In this document: positions 59,499 through 64,000 of the stretch, piece after piece
How positions within the stretch are numbered: position 1 is the first letter of the stretch
Layout of the letters: each line of letters begins with the position of its first letter
Assembly: GCA_043228905.1 (NCBI GenBank)
Contig: JBHGNT010000018.1
Coordinates: 14,508,001 to 14,572,000 of the forward strand
DNA from: Azolla caroliniana
Taxonomy: Eukaryota > Plantae > Polypodiophyta
Direction of reading: 5' to 3'
DNA length: 64,000 bases
Notes under the pieces: model-generated
The model's database searches: none
The model's input: the letters and a program-made list of their open reading frames with translations, nothing else
Told to the model about the DNA's origin: nothing
Position numbers and translations under genes: made by a program

Positions 59499-62250
59499 TT
59501 GACTCTCTTCCATGATTACTCTCAATGTGACTAAATGATCCACAGTGGAGTGTTTGGGTTTAAATCCCGCTTGCCCAAGTGCTCTTTTGCTCGTACTTTC
59601 AGCCCATGTACTTATCTTTTGCTCCATAATAGTGCTATATAATTTAGCAATAGTTGAGCTCACCATTATTGTACGATAATTTGATACTTGATTTAATCCA
59701 ATTCATAAGCCAATCATTTGGAAAACCTTGTTTTATAGCTTCCTCTATAATTGTCGTTATCCAATGCCGAGTATGTGGCATTGTCCATTTTAAAAGCTCA
59801 CTTGAGACATAGGTTGCATCTGTTGCTTTCCCACTCACCACCTTTATTCCCTTATTGACATCATCAATATCGATACATGTAGTGCATGGTGTTTCAATTT
59901 TCTCAACCATAGCAGCCACACATTCATGCATATATTGCCTTTGTACATAGTCTAACATCTCTTCATTTGTAAAGTGACCTTGAGCATCTTCTTTATTACC
60001 CTTGAGTTGTCCCCATGCTAAATTTGGTTTGAGCTTAAACAAATTTTTCTTTTTCATTTCTTGCATTTGGAAATATCTTCTTTTCTTTCGCTTCACTACT
60101 TTCTTATATAGGTGCCATGCAACGATCTTTTCATTTTCCCCTTCTATGGACTTACACCATTTGAGATATATCTTACATTCATCGTCGAACCAAGAATTAC
60201 ATGGAAAACTACGAATCTTATGCCCACCCACATGCCTCTTAAAGTATTGATATTCAATCTTAAGCATGATATCCTTCAAATGTTGTCAATTTTCTTGAAC
60301 ATCGTTGCTTAGAGAAAAATTTAACAAATGGTTCTCCACTTCATTTGCATACATCTTAACTTTTTTGCAGCAAGGTCGAATGATACATCTCTTTTCGTCT
60401 TTCACTCCAGGGTATCTATTGGTGAAATGTGGAATTGCAAGCTCTAAGTACAATGGCTTGTGGTCTGAGTCTGAAGATAGAGAACCAACTTTAAACACAT
60501 TTACCAATGATAGATCACATGCCAACATTAATGCGTCATCAACCACACTTCCTCCACTCGAGGATGGTAAACATGTGAGCACATTTGTCAATGAGAGTGC
60601 ATTTATACCATTTAGGATAATCAAGTTTGTGCAATTTAGCATATGTAAATCAAAAGTTTTCCATAATCTGACATGACATAATCCTCTGAGTCAGCAATAA
60701 ACAATGTTCTACTACATTTTCTTCAAATGTCACCACATTTTGAAAATTTCCAACTCTTGCATTGAAGTCTCCCATAATTAAAACTTTACCAAGCTTCTCA
60801 AATGAAAGTATATCATGGCATAACTCAGTAAAAGGATCGTCACAATCTAACCCAAACTCACTATATTAGTTTTGAGTCTTTGTGAGGAACGTAACATGCA
60901 ACTATATAGAGCTTCTCTTTCCCCAAATTAACCTTTATCCATATGTATCTCTTATAGTCATCATATTTGCATACTTTGATACAATTATCTAAGCTCTCAT
61001 GGTAAATACATGCTATCCCAACACGCCCAATATTCCCTTTGGAGTGAGGCCATATCAATTTTATGAGATAACCATCTATCTTAGGTATACGTTTTGCCTC
61101 ATGCTCCCATGTTTCAGCCAAAAATATAATATTCATACCTTGAGCTAAATCATTGTCCTAAACCCTTATTCCATGGATATCCTCTACAATTCCAAAACGT
61201 TACTTTCAATCTTGAAGAACTTTTAGTTCCATTGGTCGTTGCTTGCTATGCATTTTGATTTGCTTTCCTAGGTGCATATGCTTGCCTTCTACATTCTTGT
61301 TCTTGTGGAGTTCTATCCTCCGTTACAAAAAAACTTGTCCCTTTAAGTACACCTTACTACTATATAGAATCATAACCCTTTTACATTCATGTAAGATTGT
61401 ACAAAGAATAGCTCGACATGACTCTCTCTCTAGTTGCTTTTTGCCAACCCTATGTGCGGCATATACAATAACATCTCATATAGCAATGTGATCTTCAAAG
61501 AGTTTCGTAATATTCTCTCCAAGAAATAAAGCATTCTCTTTTTCATTCTCTTATATACCTCTAATGACAATATTATTCTTTCTTCTTTCGATTTCATATT
61601 GCTCACATCTAACACATCCATGGTATTAGAATGCCTTTTCATGATTTTTGGGGTTTCTTTCAAGAGAACATATTTTCACCTTGTCATGATCACATCTTCT
61701 TTCCCTTCAATTGTAGATTTTATTTCAACATTTGCCTTCACTAAAATCTCTTTTTTTGCTTCAAAACATTTTTCTTTCTATTTCAAGCATCCAATTATTT
61801 TTGCATTTGAATAGTCATGTTCATGCAAAGCGTTAATCTCTAACTTTTGCACTTCCATTGTATGTTGAAGAGTTAATTCTCTCTCCTTACAAGCATACAT
61901 TTCGCTTTGCATATGCATCACTATCTCTTGCAATGAGATATACATAGCTACCATCTTTTCCATCGACCAAGTATGCATTTGATTGTTTGGGCTTTCAATC
62001 ACATCATCATTAACTTTTACTCTTGGCATACTAAAATGATAGAAGTAGAATGTACCTTTCAATCAATTAGGGTTTCAAAATCTACCTTGAGTTAGAGGAA
62101 CCGTGGGGCAAAGAGGGCTGCGGACGAAAATGCTCATAACTTCTCACCACGGCAATAGAATTCAGCAAATAAACATTATTAAAAAACTCTCCAAAGAGCT
62201 TTCTAATGAGCTATAGAACGCAGAAAACAGTGGTGTGAGAGAAACGGGAG
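59499..62250 (-). mobile_element. LINE family B, 5' half: 5' UTR, decayed ORF1 (~61210-62030), APE and RT N-terminus
   Basis: FWNCRGYPW, FLAETWEHE, SDSDHKPL and QAGFKPKHSTVDH; similar to 4980-6640. Upstream are coiled-coil/basic ORF fragments, and the element ends at (GA)n. Confidence 0.85.
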
Positions 62251-62732
62251 CAGAGAGAGAGAGAGAGAGAGAGAGATTAACGTCTTCTAAGACCATAATT
62301 GGCCCATGAGACAATTGGTTTACAACAAAATGGGATGTTTACCCAATCATCGAAAATAAAAAGAGCAAATTATCGAATTAATTTTCTATTATTCTTGAAA
62401 ATATGAGTGAATGTCTCTCCCCTCAGGAGAGGTTCGTATGTAATACATTGGCAGAGTTATGCATGTTTGTGGAGTGGGCAGCGCCCCATATGCAATCCAT
62501 GTGGCATCCAATTATCTGGAGAATATCCTGCCACATTCTACAAAGATGGAAAAAATATGAAAAAATTTGTTACAATTTAAAGACATCTACCTTAGTGGTA
62601 AGAACTATGTGAGGTCCCCCCCTCCCGCCAATAAGGAGGTAACTAGTTCGATTCTTTACAATATTTTTACAAGTACCTGTCAAATGGTCTTTTATGGTCA
62701 TACATTATGTTGACAACTGCTGGCTGTATTGT

Positions 62733-63946
62733 TCAGTCACTTTCATCATATGAATCGGAACATGAATCCGAATCGGAGTTGGATCCCGAGCCTGAATCTG
62801 AATCCAAATCTGAATGGGGTCTGTCATATCTTGTACCTTTGCTGAAATCTTGTTTATATTCATGTTTTTGCACTCGTTCTTCATCCCCGTTCTCTATATC
62901 TTCTTCCATGGAGTCTGTATCAGGTTGTTCCTCATTGACAATAGTTTGCCCCTTTGCTTGATCGAGTTCTTCCAAGGGAGCATCATCTTCCTCTTTCTCT
63001 TCCCCTTCCTCATCATACTCATCCTCAATAAGAACTTCCTCGTCTTCCTCTTCAGCTCCACTTGTATTTTCTTCTTCTTCGTTATCATAGTGCATTTGAC
63101 CATTAGTTTGATTGATTGTACCATTATCTCGAAAATTCTCCCACTCATTTGTCCCTTTTTTCAAGCTCAGTTCCTCATTACATGGAGTGGAGTGCTTATA
63201 CTCCGCAGTAGGATTAAATTCTTTATCCTGTGCCGGTTTCTCATACCTGCTTCTCGAGACCTTAATTACCAAAGATGGACGAGATACTTCAGAAATATGA
63301 TCTCTCTCTTTCTTATCCTTTGTGACAGGATCTTTGTGCACATCACTCCCTCCCTCAATTGTAGCAGCATCAAGGTTCAAAACTTTTTTTGAAGAGGCCA
63401 AACCAGATGCCTAAAAAACCAAAATAAGAAACATCATAAGAAAAATGTGTTCATGAGATACATGCAAAAAAAAAAATTGTTCCTTTCTTCAGACACAAGC
63501 CTTACCTTTTGATTTGTGTCTATCTGACCACTCGAGTGTTGTTTTTTCTGTTCAACATCATAAAAGAGGGCAGCATCAAATGTTTGAAGCCGGAGAGCTA
63601 CAGCTGCGGTTGTCCGAGGAACCCAAGGAAGAACATTTGATCCATCTCGAACATCCAACGAAGTATCCTCTAAGAGCTCTTTTGTAGTTCCGAACGAAGA
63701 AGACAACCAATCTCTTTTAGTTGCCCCTTCTAACTCAGTCAATAGCTATTCATCGCATACATAGGTATGCAGTTAATGACTCAGAATTGAAAAGCATATT
63801 TCATAAAGAAATTCCAAGATAAGATTTCAAACACTAAACACCTGAAGTAGTTCTGAGGGAGATGATGCATGCTTCAATGAAACCCCCCATGCCTTCCGTT
63901 GAGATCCTGTCCATGATGAATTAATTGCCTCCATAGGAATAGCAGC
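62733..63946 (-). CDS. RLT: Last three exons (63946-63842, 63745-63506, 63410-62733) of a RINGLET/RLT-like homeobox-DDT protein; the gene continues beyond the window
   Basis: AAIPMEAINSSWTGSQRKAWGVSLKHASSPSELLQ|LLTELEGATKRDWLSSSFGTTKELL...VLPWVPRTTAAVALRLQTFDAALFY matches the WHIM/WSD-region motifs of RLT1/2. Introns are phase-0 GT-AG and the C-terminal tail is acidic. Confidence 0.8.
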
Positions 63947-64000
63947 CTATAACAATATAAGTTTCAGTAAATTTAAATTGCAACATTAGAAGACATTTAA

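Overview
A 64-kb, TE-dense window from a plant nuclear genome, probably a non-seed plant (inferred from the MinC-like gene and the TE types). It holds two host genes. The first is a 7-exon gene at 32198-35480 (+), ~326 aa, with a plastid-transit-like N-terminus, a MinC C-terminal domain and 4 TM helices. The second is the 3' end of a RINGLET/RLT-like homeobox-DDT gene at 62733-63946 (-). Most of the rest is nested mobile DNA. This includes two RTE-X-like LINE families with (TCTA)n tails, Copia remnants and solo LTRs, and a tRNA-Trp-primed Gypsy with a 4-bp TSD and a -1 frameshift after the protease. An intact hAT transposon carries an intronless RPS7 copy. A three-level nest runs MITE > Copia > intact Gypsy. 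The most unusual signal is in that young Gypsy (43367-53176, -). It has no polypurine tract; in its place is a copy of the tRNA-Arg(UCU) 3' end including CCA, 2 nt from the 3' LTR. The same motif recurs in a diverged relative at ~15.0 kb, suggesting both DNA strands are tRNA-primed. All boundaries were read by eye, and family and tRNA assignments come from recall, not database searches.
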